The notes under the pieces are model-generated. The model saw only the letters and a list, made by a program, of their open reading frames with translations. It was not told the origin of the DNA and did not search any database. A DNA stretch of 64,000 nucleotides from a virus. The first letter of the stretch is position 1. Every line of letters starts with the position of its first letter. Both the position numbers and the translations under genes were made by a program. This document shows positions 20,745-30,473 of the stretch, piece by piece. The stretch is from positions 21,610 to 85,609 of IMG/VR virus record IMGVR_UViG_3300033153_006968; one strand, 5' to 3'.

Positions 20745-23700
20745 TTAACACCTTCCTTATGGCTTCAACAGCCTCATCGGTCTTATCTTCTTCAACTTCT
20801 ATATCTACGGACGTTCCACTTCCAGATCGAGAAGTAATGAACGAACTACTATTCTCCATCTTATCAACAAAAAACAATTCGTTAAGTCTACCCTGTACAT
20901 CTTCTCTAGAGAGCTTTTCAGACTCAAGCAGAGGTTGGATAGCCTCTTCGTCTATAAACTCTTTGTAGGGCAATTCTGCGCCTCTGGAGGGCCATAAATT
21001 AAGCTCGATAGGATCTCCTCCAATCTCCTGGACAAGTTTGAGTTTAACATCTTCTAAATCAACTGAAGGATGAAAGCCCGCCCAATCCGCCCCGGGAATA
21101 GAAGGAACCTGAGAAAGTAACTTGGTTCTTCTATACCAATCAGGGTAACTCTCTCCTTTAAGCTTTGTAGCTACATATTCTGCAAATAGATCTTTGCTTG
21201 TAGGGAGTCCTTCTGTTCGAGCCTCGTCGTAAACTTGATCTATCTCTTCTTCTGCTTCTGCCTCTTGCTCTTCTGTGAGTACTCCTTCTTTGATTGCGGT
21301 TTTGAGATCTTGAGCATGAACCATCTTCCACCGCGCAAGATAAAGAGACTTTTCATTCTCTGGCACCATCTCTAAGATGCGCGCCCTCTCTTCATATGAC
21401 TCGGCACCTTCAAATGCTTGAAAGTAATCTCTTTCTCTTCTCGGGAGTGAGCGATAAATAGATGTATAATTTCTAGTATAAGGACTAACTCCGAATAACG
21501 TTTCGTTCTTCTTTGCTTCGAATTCTTTGACCGCAGCAGTATCATCAGCCATCTGTGCCATATTAGATAACCTTGCATATTTGGTATACTTGAGAATATC
21601 AAAATATTCCTCTATATTTCTGAGATGTTCGGAATGTTCAGGAACGCCTTCGGCACCAAGGGCTCGTCCCATTAATCTTCCGAATGGTTTAGCAAAGTGT
21701 TCAAGAGGGTGTGTCCAGAAAGCACTTGGAGTTCCGTAGAGAACATCCCTCTCATATGCTTCGATAGCAGTTCTAGTATGAACTAGTTTGCCGCCAGGAG
21801 ATACAGGAGTCAACTGATCAAAAGCAGTCTCTGCGTTGTGAGCAAGTAGCTCCCAATAGCCACCAAATAATCTATCGGATAAAGAAGTCTCCTTTGCTCC
21901 AGAAGCTTTCCATTCATTCATCGCAATCATCAAGTCAGAACTTTCCTGCCGCGCGGGAGAAAAAATATCGCCCATTGGTGACAGATGTTTATATTCTTGA
22001 AATTCTATTCTCTGTTTTTTGGATTTAACCTGCTCAAGAGTAGTCTGATATATATCTTCCTCTTGTTCGGACCAATCTCCCCTTGTTCTCTTCCCTCTTA
22101 TCTTAGAATAAGTTCTCTTATATTTGTCTGTATATGGAGCCACATCGGCTAATATTTTATATTGATGAATAAGGGGATAGTCCGCAGGGTCTACGCCTTC
22201 TAGCTCTGGATGGAGAGCAGCATATCCAACACCAGGAAGACGTATTTCTCCCATTTGTACTTTGGTAAATGGATCGCCATATTGAATATTAGGTCCTCTT
22301 TCTCCAGGCCCTGGCAACCATTCAGGCATTAAATTTCTAATAGGATTCTGAAGTTCAATCTGTCTTCTTCTATGAGGATACAAACGCCTCCAGGCTTCAC
22401 TTAGTCCTGCAAGGCCGCCTAACTCCCTATCCCAATATTCTCTTTCGTAACTAGCTATCCTGCTTGCGCTTTCCAATTGAGACATCTGGTCAAACCAATC
22501 CTGACTACCTGTGAGTTTTTCCTTTATTGCCGAAGAAATAAAACCAGTCAAACCAGGTAATTCAGTTCCTAGTCTATATATCTGCTCACCAGCCATTTCG
22601 GCTAATCCTGGAGCAATAGGAACTCCACCAGGCTCTTGTCCTATCTCTGTAGCTACCCTTCCTCCAAACCCAGGAGCAGGAAGTTTGACTCCTCTATCAG
22701 AGAAAAACTCATCAATGTGCATATATAATTGTGGCTTAATCCATCTGCCTACAGTCTGAGATAATAAAGGTCCAATAAACGGTACATCTTCAAAAGGTAA
22801 ACCAGTAGTCGGATAGGGTCTATCCTCATAATGTTCTCTTTCTAGTTCGTAAGTAAATTGACTCTTCCACCATTTAGATACTGGACTTAATTCTTCATCT
22901 TCTCCCCAGATAGATTTTTCTTTCCCGCGCAACCTAAGCATTGCATAAGTATGTGGACGATAATATCGAATACGGGTACCCTCGTACGGCTGACGGCCAA
23001 GTTCCCACCAACGACTTTTACGTATTGGAACTTCCTGTTCTCCTGAGTAGATACGTCTCAATTCTTCTGGAGATTGTTCCGGAATTAACGCACCAGGAAT
23101 AAAGGGGGCGATGAGAGCCAAGCCAGCAAGAGCACCTGCTCCAATTAGCGCTTTGCTAGGAGTCATTCTGCTCAGTAATTTATTGGTTCCAGCATTCTCA
23201 AAGAATTTCCCCATCTTGGCCCAAGACTCAAACTGCCCATCCAATCTTTGTCGCGCCAAGGAAGAAGATATTCCTTCAGATATTTGAAGGGCGGCCATCT
23301 TCCAAGTCTTATATCCGTAGATTCCAACGCCAATACCCATAGCTCCCATAGCTGGGAAGGCTGCAAGTTTCAGTAAGTCAGTGCTGCCTGGAGCCACTTC
23401 TTTTTGTTTCCGTACAAATTCTTGAAGTCCGGTCACTTCAGCAATCTCTGCCGCTTTGACATGCGCCGCTACAGGAATGGTTGCCAATCCATAGGTAAGG
23501 CCATGTTCGAACAGGGTTCCCTCAGTTGCTTCGCTGGTACGCGCTGCCCAATCAAGAGTTCCATACCCAAGAGCAAGAGCGCCTAATCCAAGTCCATACT
23601 TTCCAGATAGCCTAGCTAACATCTCAAGACCACCCGCCTCTTTAACTGCAAGATACTTGCCAACAGAGGGCATAAAACGACCAATACCGGGTATCTTACT

Positions 23701-24492
23701 AGGAGAGTCGGCAGTCATTCTGAGTAATCTATTAAACCTCTGTATTTGCTCAGTCCCAAGAGCGCCTAACTTTCTACCCCAGTGTTCTGTTAGAGTTTTT
23801 CCGCCTATTATCTGGGCAGCATATCCTTCACCAAGCTGAGGGTTAACTATAATTTGTTTGCCCCACTTGAATTCAGGAGAAGCAAAGAAACGATCAAAAG
23901 GAATGGATCCTTTTAATCCAAGTCTACGCGCATAAGCTCCGCCGATATGGGATCTTTCTCCAACTCCAGGAGACGTAATAGCTGAAGCATATTTAAGGGC
24001 TACATCCCCGCCGCCCCAATAAAGGCTACCTCCTTTGAGAGATACTCCTTCCTGAAGCAATCTCTGGTATGTAAAGGAACCAGGCTTCTCACCTATAATA
24101 CGGGCAAGATATTCGGCGTATTGCTTATTCTTACCTAATAATTCTGGACCAACAACTAATTCGGCTTTTCTTACAGCTGTTTCAAATGGGCTAAATATAT
24201 GACTTAATTGGAATGTTCTAAACGCTTTAACGGGAGAGTATTCTTCAAGTGCTCTCAAGCCAGCGACATAGTAATCCCATACATGCTTGCCCTTTCTTCC
24301 GGCAGGCATATACCCTAACGCCCCAATTGCTCCAAGAGTGGCAGCAAAACCAGCTACGCCACCAACTTGTGATCCGATTGGTCGGGTTAATTTTTGGGGT
24401 TCAGTTGTCCAGTAATCAGGTTGGCTGGTTGGATCTGTTAAAGATGGGCCGTAATAAGACCGTGCAGAATTGAATACAAATTGATTAGCCAC
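20737..24492 (-). CDS. Tape-measure-like / ejected virion protein with several predicted membrane helices
   Basis: 1251 aa directly after the tail chaperones. Gly/Ala-rich hydrophobic stretches (VAGFAATLGAIGALGY; YGLGLGALALGYG; FPAMGAMGIGVGIYGY; LIGAGALAGLALIAPFI). Aromatic block 'EVPIRKSRWWELGRQPYEGTRIRYYRP'. Confidence 0.55.
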   Translation of the reverse strand: MANQFVFNSARSYYGPSLTDPTSQPDYWTTEPQKLTRPIGSQVGGVAGFAATLGAIGALGYMPAGRKGKHVWDYYVAGLRALEEYSPVKAFRTFQLSHIFSPFETAVRKAELVVGPELLGKNKQYAEYLARIIGEKPGSFTYQRLLQEGVSLKGGSLYWGGGDVALKYASAITSPGVGERSHIGGAYARRLGLKGSIPFDRFFASPEFKWGKQIIVNPQLGEGYAAQIIGGKTLTEHWGRKLGALGTEQIQRFNRLLRMTADSPSKIPGIGRFMPSVGKYLAVKEAGGLEMLARLSGKYGLGLGALALGYGTLDWAARTSEATEGTLFEHGLTYGLATIPVAAHVKAAEIAEVTGLQEFVRKQKEVAPGSTDLLKLAAFPAMGAMGIGVGIYGYKTWKMAALQISEGISSSLARQRLDGQFESWAKMGKFFENAGTNKLLSRMTPSKALIGAGALAGLALIAPFIPGALIPEQSPEELRRIYSGEQEVPIRKSRWWELGRQPYEGTRIRYYRPHTYAMLRLRGKEKSIWGEDEELSPVSKWWKSQFTYELEREHYEDRPYPTTGLPFEDVPFIGPLLSQTVGRWIKPQLYMHIDEFFSDRGVKLPAPGFGGRVATEIGQEPGGVPIAPGLAEMAGEQIYRLGTELPGLTGFISSAIKEKLTGSQDWFDQMSQLESASRIASYEREYWDRELGGLAGLSEAWRRLYPHRRRQIELQNPIRNLMPEWLPGPGERGPNIQYGDPFTKVQMGEIRLPGVGYAALHPELEGVDPADYPLIHQYKILADVAPYTDKYKRTYSKIRGKRTRGDWSEQEEDIYQTTLEQVKSKKQRIEFQEYKHLSPMGDIFSPARQESSDLMIAMNEWKASGAKETSLSDRLFGGYWELLAHNAETAFDQLTPVSPGGKLVHTRTAIEAYERDVLYGTPSAFWTHPLEHFAKPFGRLMGRALGAEGVPEHSEHLRNIEEYFDILKYTKYARLSNMAQMADDTAAVKEFEAKKNETLFGVSPYTRNYTSIYRSLPRRERDYFQAFEGAESYEERARILEMVPENEKSLYLARWKMVHAQDLKTAIKEGVLTEEQEAEAEEEIDQVYDEARTEGLPTSKDLFAEYVATKLKGESYPDWYRRTKLLSQVPSIPGADWAGFHPSVDLEDVKLKLVQEIGGDPIELNLWPSRGAELPYKEFIDEEAIQPLLESEKLSREDVQGRLNELFFVDKMENSSSFITSRSGSGTSVDIEVEEDKTDEAVEAIRKVLSA

Positions 24493-24493
24493 A

Positions 24494-25417
24494 CTATTTC
24501 TTCTTGAGTTGCTCCTTTAGTCTTTGCCTGTTCCTCTCAATCCTTTCTTCTGCTTCCTTCATTCTTTCATCGAAGGGTTTAATTTTAGCTTTCTCGCCTC
24601 TCTTTAGAGCTTCAAGTTGACTCTTGTACATTGTCTTTGCATCACTAATCATTTGCCTTTCTTCTAAGCTTTCAGCCATAGGATCGGTGTCTAGATTGTG
24701 TACCAGTTCATTTAATGATATCACAGTATTCCCGTCTTCGTCAGTCTCCTTCCCGAAATCAGGAATTGCTTCTTCTTCCATATATGGTTGATTAAGAGAC
24801 TTTTCTCCCGCCGTTTGTCTGCTTCTCGCATTCCAATCTCTTGGTTCTTCTTGTACTTCAAACTCTCTCCTTAATTTAGATAAGTCAACCTTGGGCTTTC
24901 TTCTCTGTTTCTGTTCCGCCCGCTCGTCAAAAAATCCAATAGGCTCTTTGAGGACTCCCAATTCTAGAAGTTTCCGCTCCGCTAGAGCAAGTCTATCCAT
25001 TAGGGTATATATATCCATTGAATATATATCATCAGGGGTGTAAGCTGAGAAAGCTTGAGTTATCAAAGAAATAGCTTGATGGACAATATTATCTACATTA
25101 TATCGCGCGAGGTTTAAAAAATATTCGAATTCTTCTGAGTTTTGAGGGGCGGAGCTTCTAAGGATTAGATCCGCGACGAATGATACAGTACCTGCTTTTT
25201 GCTTATCTATATTCTCTACAAATACTTCATCTTTAACACACTTACAAAAGATCTCATTTTCTAATACCGCCGGGGCAATAAGATTTCTTTGGATTGCTTG
25301 AGCATAATGAAAATACTCACCTACAGATAAAAGTACACAGGGAACAATAGTTCCGTCTGGTACTTCTAATATAAAAACTGGACCGTAGGCTTGACGGTAA
25401 TCAGAAAGAGATAGCAA
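24494..25417 (-). CDS. Tail assembly chaperone-like protein (long form)
   Basis: 307 aa; the N-terminal ~90 aa resembles the upstream 137-aa protein; charged helical C-terminus; lies between tube genes and the TMP position; TTG start. Confidence 0.55.
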   Translation of the reverse strand: MLSLSDYRQAYGPVFILEVPDGTIVPCVLLSVGEYFHYAQAIQRNLIAPAVLENEIFCKCVKDEVFVENIDKQKAGTVSFVADLILRSSAPQNSEEFEYFLNLARYNVDNIVHQAISLITQAFSAYTPDDIYSMDIYTLMDRLALAERKLLELGVLKEPIGFFDERAEQKQRRKPKVDLSKLRREFEVQEEPRDWNARSRQTAGEKSLNQPYMEEEAIPDFGKETDEDGNTVISLNELVHNLDTDPMAESLEERQMISDAKTMYKSQLEALKRGEKAKIKPFDERMKEAEERIERNRQRLKEQLKKK

Positions 25418-25423
25418 ATTTCC

Positions 25424-25837
25424 TTACAGTTTCATTACGAGCATAGAAGCCATAGCAGGGTTCATAAAGTTGGATTGCATTAGTATTTGCTCAGAAAGGG
25501 TAGGAATACTGCCTCCTTTTCTTTCAAAAATAGATTTGTCCGACGCCCAAAGTAGGCAAGCATCAACTACTCCTCCCTCGAAATCAAGCTCCTGCCCTTC
25601 TTGTTGCCCGGCGAGTTGGGCTTTCTTCTGAAGCTCTAGGTAGTCTGCACGAGAAATAGGGTGCCAGATAAATAGTTCTTCTTCGGAAAATCCAGAAGTA
25701 AAGATTTCTCCGAATTGCTCTTTCCATTTCTCGATATCTGTCTCAGAAGGAGAATCAGCATGTCCCTTTAGAAACCCTTTAAGATCGGGAGCCTCAGGAG
25801 CTTGTTGCTCAACGGTATTCGTCTCTGTATCTGTCAT
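25424..25837 (-). CDS. Tail assembly chaperone
   Basis: 137 aa, acidic; 'IEKWKEQFGEIF...FIWHPISRADY' is typical of myovirus tail chaperones; GGAGGT RBS; canonical position. Confidence 0.65.
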   Translation of the reverse strand: MTDTETNTVEQQAPEAPDLKGFLKGHADSPSETDIEKWKEQFGEIFTSGFSEEELFIWHPISRADYLELQKKAQLAGQQEGQELDFEGGVVDACLLWASDKSIFERKGGSIPTLSEQILMQSNFMNPAMASMLVMKL

Positions 25838-25905
25838 AGATACCTCCTTGTTCGTCTGCTGTATATATTACTAGATTGTCACCGGATTGGCAACTATAAA
25901 TATCT

Positions 25906-26664
25906 TTAAACTCTTGTCTTCGCGAAAAAACTATAAGATTCTTGTACCGGATTTCCATCTATTTCTATTCGTTGCGCAGTTCCCACTATATACACATCTT
26001 CTAATTTTATTATTGTATGGTTAGCTCTATTATCTCCTGCAAAATCTCCATAAGAAATAAAAATATCAAAAGGATTAAGATCTACGTCATCTGCACGTCT
26101 ATTCTCGTTCAGTAATTGTTCTTCAGAAGGACCCCAAACTTTATCTTCAAAGTTTTCAAATAAACCCTCTGCTCTACCTACGCTATTTTCAGAAAGAGCC
26201 GCTCGTGCACGAGTACGAGAAGAAAAACCAGTTAAAGAAGCATAGCTATCTGCAAGAGCTTCTATATTCTTAGTCCTTTCATCAGGCTCTATTTCTGCGT
26301 TAATCATTCTCTCTATATTCCTGCTAACTTGATTTCCCGAACTTGTCCAGGGATTATCGTCTAAAGGACCTTCCAGTCCTTTAATAAGCTTTTTATATCT
26401 AGCAAGAATTAGCCAGAGATAACCTGCTTCTTTAAAGTTGATAGAGAACTGACCCTGAACTATTATCTGCCCTTTAGATACTTGGCGGAAGAATTGATCT
26501 GCGTATCCATAAAGAGGTCGTCTATTCTGTTGAACTGTGAAGTTGAGAGAGGTAACTTCATCTACAAGCACATCTCCTATAAATAAAGCTACCTGAGAAG
26601 AGGAGAAATATTCTACGTTATATACGCCTGGTTTAATGCCGTCAAAAGTAGTTTCGTCAGCCAT
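25906..26664 (-). CDS. Tail tube-fold protein (tube initiator-like paralog)
   Basis: 'YFSSSQVALFIGDVLVDEVTSLNFTVQQNRRPLYGYAD...VSKGQIIVQGQFSINF' parallels the tube protein; ends with 'ESYSFFAK'. Confidence 0.65.
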   Translation of the reverse strand: MADETTFDGIKPGVYNVEYFSSSQVALFIGDVLVDEVTSLNFTVQQNRRPLYGYADQFFRQVSKGQIIVQGQFSINFKEAGYLWLILARYKKLIKGLEGPLDDNPWTSSGNQVSRNIERMINAEIEPDERTKNIEALADSYASLTGFSSRTRARAALSENSVGRAEGLFENFEDKVWGPSEEQLLNENRRADDVDLNPFDIFISYGDFAGDNRANHTIIKLEDVYIVGTAQRIEIDGNPVQESYSFFAKTRV

Positions 26665-27794
26665 TATCTATTAAGGAGAGATCTACGCACTCCTAACCTC
26701 TGAAGATAATCGTCATAATTTGCCTTATTTGTAAAGAGGAGTTTAGATCCGTCTGTAGGCAAACCTTCGTCATTAAAATGCATTCCTCTCTGATCTCGTT
26801 GTAATCCTATATTGCCCATGGACACCATAGGATCTACATCCCGCGCAACAAAATTAATTATTTCTTCTGTAAGAAGATCTTCAACAGAAAGAGTATATCC
26901 ATCGTTCATAAATTCTACACCATAAATAGCCGCTTTAGAAAGACTGCCATACTCATTTGCAAATATAATAGTTAAATCGATTGGAGGTAGTTGATCTGCA
27001 AGAAGAGAAGATACTTGAGAGTCTACAGAGTATTTTGGATCTCCATACTTGTTCGCAGTGCTCCCCATAGCTCTTATTAATTGAGCAAGAGCATGTTCGT
27101 TAAACATAGTAAAAATCATACTTCCCGCGATCGTACGATGCGTTCTTGTCCATCCTTTTACGTTAGCCATCCCAAAGGCCCTAACTGGATTCTTCTGCCT
27201 GTGAGACTGGATAGATATAGTCTGAAGTGTAGCAAGGACGAGAGTAGAAGACGCACTTTTTTGTAAGTCGTTTAGCTTCTTCAATTTAGAAGTTATACCA
27301 TCCCTGATACTCGTCAAATATAGGATATCGTCTTCCATCGCCTTGATGGTTTTTTCCCCCGTTGTATCATTTTGCCAGCTGTTAAAGTACGTACTGAACC
27401 CAGACGCTCCGGGGTCAGACATAGAGCTAAATCCTCCACCCTTTAAAAAGAAATCTAAACCAAGAACTCCATTCTCAGCAATCTCGGCCAATAACCCAGG
27501 AAATCCTCCGCCACTACTTTTTCCAGTGAAAGAAATTAGTCCATCTATTAATCCATTTAAATCTCTTTCTTGATTATTTAGATAGTCAAACTCTATATTA
27601 GATGTTACTTCTCCATACATATGGGCAACAACTTTTATATCCGCGCCGGAATAGGAACTTCCTAACCAATTAATCTTAAGAGACTGATCCTCTCTGCCAG
27701 GGAGAGTACTCTCAAGATCTGCCACCTCTACAGTATTAGCCTCAACCTGATTGATGTCCGACTCTTGTTCGTTAGGATAATTCTCGTTAGCCAC
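26664..27794 (-). CDS. Tail tube-fold protein (paralog with helical insertion)
   Basis: 'SYSGADIK' ... 'LQTISIQSHRQKNPVRAFG...RTIAGSMIFTMFNEHAL...DQLPPIDLTIIFANEYG...IYGVEFMNDGYTLSVED' aligns by eye with 27868-28521. Confidence 0.72.
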   Translation of the reverse strand: MANENYPNEQESDINQVEANTVEVADLESTLPGREDQSLKINWLGSSYSGADIKVVAHMYGEVTSNIEFDYLNNQERDLNGLIDGLISFTGKSSGGGFPGLLAEIAENGVLGLDFFLKGGGFSSMSDPGASGFSTYFNSWQNDTTGEKTIKAMEDDILYLTSIRDGITSKLKKLNDLQKSASSTLVLATLQTISIQSHRQKNPVRAFGMANVKGWTRTHRTIAGSMIFTMFNEHALAQLIRAMGSTANKYGDPKYSVDSQVSSLLADQLPPIDLTIIFANEYGSLSKAAIYGVEFMNDGYTLSVEDLLTEEIINFVARDVDPMVSMGNIGLQRDQRGMHFNDEGLPTDGSKLLFTNKANYDDYLQRLGVRRSLLNR

Positions 27795-27806
27795 TCACAT
27801 CTCTCC

Positions 27807-27846
27807 AAAAAAAATAGGCAGGGCCAGTAAGTACCAACCCTGCCTT
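27807..27846 (-). terminator. Rho-independent terminator after tail tube gene
   Basis: Minus strand AGGCAGGG-ttggtacttactgg-CCCTGCCT followed by ATTTTTTTT. Confidence 0.8.
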
Positions 27847-27867
27847 ATATTCTATCACAAAGCTCTA

Positions 27868-28521
27868 TTAACTTTCAGCTGAAAGGTTAACTTTACCAAC
27901 TGGTCTCCAAGGAACTAGAGTTCTTGCTACATAAGTATTCTGCATTTCTGAAACAATATCGTCAATAGAAACGCCGTAACCTTCATTGAGTAATTCTATA
28001 CCGAATATACGCATGACGGCAAGTGAACCGTATTCATTTGCCGCAGCGAGAGTAACGTCGAATGGAGGGATTTGATCAGAGAACCAAGGAGCAGCAGGAA
28101 CTTGATCACTATCAACGGCAGTAATATTAGTCTCTGCTACCTGCACAGAAGCCGCAGCTGCTGCAGGGTTAGCAAGCGTAACTGAAGATAAGTCTTTGGT
28201 TACGTCAGCAGAAGGTCTAACATCGTCAATATCTGACAAGAAGAGCAGACGCTGATTAGCTTCAGGTTGCTGATCTCCAAAAGTAGAAAGAAGAGCATGT
28301 CTATCGAACATGATAAAGATAAGAGTTCCAGCAATTCCTCTCTTACCGCGTGAGAATGCCCGAGGATCAGCAGAGCCCATTGTATAAATAGGTGCTTTCT
28401 CTCGACTAACACTATACGAAATAGCTTGGAGTTCTGCAATTACCTGGTTGCCAAAGACACCCTTGATATCAACTCCAGAAAAACTGTTATAACCTTTTGC
28501 AAATAGAGAAGTCTGAGCCAT
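27868..28521 (-). CDS. Major tail tube protein
   Basis: 217 aa right after the sheath; 'SFSGVDIK...LQAISYSVSREKAPIYTMGSADPRAFSRGKRGIAGTLIF'; strong GGAGG RBS and a downstream terminator, as expected for a high-copy gene. Confidence 0.8.
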   Translation of the reverse strand: MAQTSLFAKGYNSFSGVDIKGVFGNQVIAELQAISYSVSREKAPIYTMGSADPRAFSRGKRGIAGTLIFIMFDRHALLSTFGDQQPEANQRLLFLSDIDDVRPSADVTKDLSSVTLANPAAAAASVQVAETNITAVDSDQVPAAPWFSDQIPPFDVTLAAANEYGSLAVMRIFGIELLNEGYGVSIDDIVSEMQNTYVARTLVPWRPVGKVNLSAES

Positions 28522-28535
28522 TTATCTATTCCTCC

Positions 28536-30449
28536 TTATACCGCAGCCAGTCCGACTGTAACGACGATTTCTCTCAACTCGAATGCGGGAACAAGCTTAA
28601 GCTGAACAAACGCCTGACCTAGAACACGTTGAGCTGGAGTAGCGGTAACTCTCACCTCATATCTCTGCAAGTCTTGATTCGTAACACGTTGTTTGCATTT
28701 GTTGTCACAAGCAGTTTCAAGAGCTGCAAGTTTAATGCCTGTGATGCCTTCTCCTAAGAAAGGTTCGCCTACTTCGCGAATGTCGTCAATAACTGCCTTT
28801 ACAATGCGAACAGTAGAGAGTCTACGATAGTCGCTGTCCGGACGTGCGGCAGTAGGAGCGTCACTTACAACGATACCTTTAATTTTCTTATGGAAGGTAA
28901 CATAACGAAGACCGGCAAGAAGATCAAGCTTCGCAGTACCAATACGGAACGGAAGAGAAATACTCTTGAGAATCTTGTTAGTAGGAGCACTCGACGGAGG
29001 TAGACCTGAATAAAATCCACCGTAAGTAGCAGCGCCAGTTGCCATATAAGAAGTAGCGCGACTTTGGTTAGCAAGAATCGGATAGGTAGCAACTACATTA
29101 ATATACTTACCAATATCGATAAGATGGTCATTATCGTCAGTTTGCTGGGTTCCATCCATAAATCCGTCGTCAGTTGCGGCAAATCCGCCGGCATAAAGAC
29201 CATCTACACCATTTATAATATGGCCAGCAAGACCACCTGAGCTAACTCGACCAGCCATGAACTTGTTACCAAGCAGACCAGTTCCGTTAGTTGTAATAAT
29301 AGTATTACCGTTTGCGTCTGTACTAGTAACTGGAACAGTGCCAATCCAAGCTTTTACTTGAGCAGGAGAACGACCATCTGCAGGTTTAACTCCAATGGCG
29401 CTAGTCATCTCGGCACTCTGTTCGCTCTGGCGATAGCAGAAGTCAGCAAGCTGATAAGCAAAGTTAACTTCATGGAAATCGTCAGCGTCTAAAGCTGTCC
29501 CGTCAGTCTTAGTTGTCGAAGAAGCAGAGCCAGCACTCGGAGAAATATTTGCCGCAGCGAAAGTAGGATTGGTAGGATCGTTCGGGAACCACCACCAGAA
29601 ATATTGAGTTCCTAGATACTCTTCGGTATAGAACTTGCCAAGGACATCGTCGTCAGCACCAGCGCTTGCAGGATAGTCAGAGAGGGCAGTAAGGCCGCGA
29701 TCGTTAATCTGGCCAGTAGTTAAGTCCATGACATTCAGATCATCAAGATATATATTCATAGGAAGAACTACATCAAGATCTTCGTCTGACATAAAGTCAT
29801 ATGCTCGCCAAAGACCTTCGTAAATCTTCGTTCGACATAGAGCACCAGCTCCAGTAGAGCTATTTGGTACACCGTCAGTACCTGCTGTATATACGGCAGG
29901 ACCATCGCCGTCTGCGTCGGCCGCAGCGAGAGTGATAGGAGTTGAAGAAGTTCCTATATCTGAAACTGAACCAGTAGTGCTACCGCTTACAGCTACTTCG
30001 CCATCGTCGATAGCGCTCAGCGGATAAGCAGGATTGTTGTCGTAAATTACTTCGTCATCACTTGCTCTATAGACTCGAAGTCGTCCAGTGGAAGCTTCGA
30101 AAAAGATTAAATAATCAGTACCAGCAGTTGTATCCTTAGAGATAGTTTCTACTGTAAATCCAGTACCATCGCCGACACCAGAAAGAGTTGCAGAAGTAGC
30201 TCCAATACGGAAAAGTTTCAGATTAAGCGCACCGCCGATAATAGCTTCATACATACCTCTGATAAGAGTTCCTGTAGAGCCAAAAGCAGCTGCAGCGTCT
30301 GATGCTTTATCTACGCTGTATAACGTCTCTGAGTCACCACTTGCAGCTGTTCCAACAACACAAACTACAGGATTATCATTCCGCTGTACGATAGTTAAAA
30401 GACCATCAATTTTATTAGTTCTGACTTCTGCAAGATTTTCAAAAGACAT
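28536..30449 (-). CDS. Contractile tail sheath protein
   Basis: 637 aa; 'VVCVVGTAASG...AAAAFGSTGTLIRGMYEA'; C-terminal 'YRRLSTVRIVKAVIDDIREVGEPFLGE...LKLVPAFELREI' sheath signature. Confidence 0.92.
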   Translation of the reverse strand: MSFENLAEVRTNKIDGLLTIVQRNDNPVVCVVGTAASGDSETLYSVDKASDAAAAFGSTGTLIRGMYEAIIGGALNLKLFRIGATSATLSGVGDGTGFTVETISKDTTAGTDYLIFFEASTGRLRVYRASDDEVIYDNNPAYPLSAIDDGEVAVSGSTTGSVSDIGTSSTPITLAAADADGDGPAVYTAGTDGVPNSSTGAGALCRTKIYEGLWRAYDFMSDEDLDVVLPMNIYLDDLNVMDLTTGQINDRGLTALSDYPASAGADDDVLGKFYTEEYLGTQYFWWWFPNDPTNPTFAAANISPSAGSASSTTKTDGTALDADDFHEVNFAYQLADFCYRQSEQSAEMTSAIGVKPADGRSPAQVKAWIGTVPVTSTDANGNTIITTNGTGLLGNKFMAGRVSSGGLAGHIINGVDGLYAGGFAATDDGFMDGTQQTDDNDHLIDIGKYINVVATYPILANQSRATSYMATGAATYGGFYSGLPPSSAPTNKILKSISLPFRIGTAKLDLLAGLRYVTFHKKIKGIVVSDAPTAARPDSDYRRLSTVRIVKAVIDDIREVGEPFLGEGITGIKLAALETACDNKCKQRVTNQDLQRYEVRVTATPAQRVLGQAFVQLKLVPAFELREIVVTVGLAAV

Positions 30450-30473
30450 TCTATTCCTCTCCTTCTTAACTCT

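Noticed and set aside
8157-30449. Bacterial contractile injection system (eCIS/tailocin) rather than a phage
   Set aside because: Terminase, portal, protease and major capsid genes are in the same operon, so this is a complete virion module.
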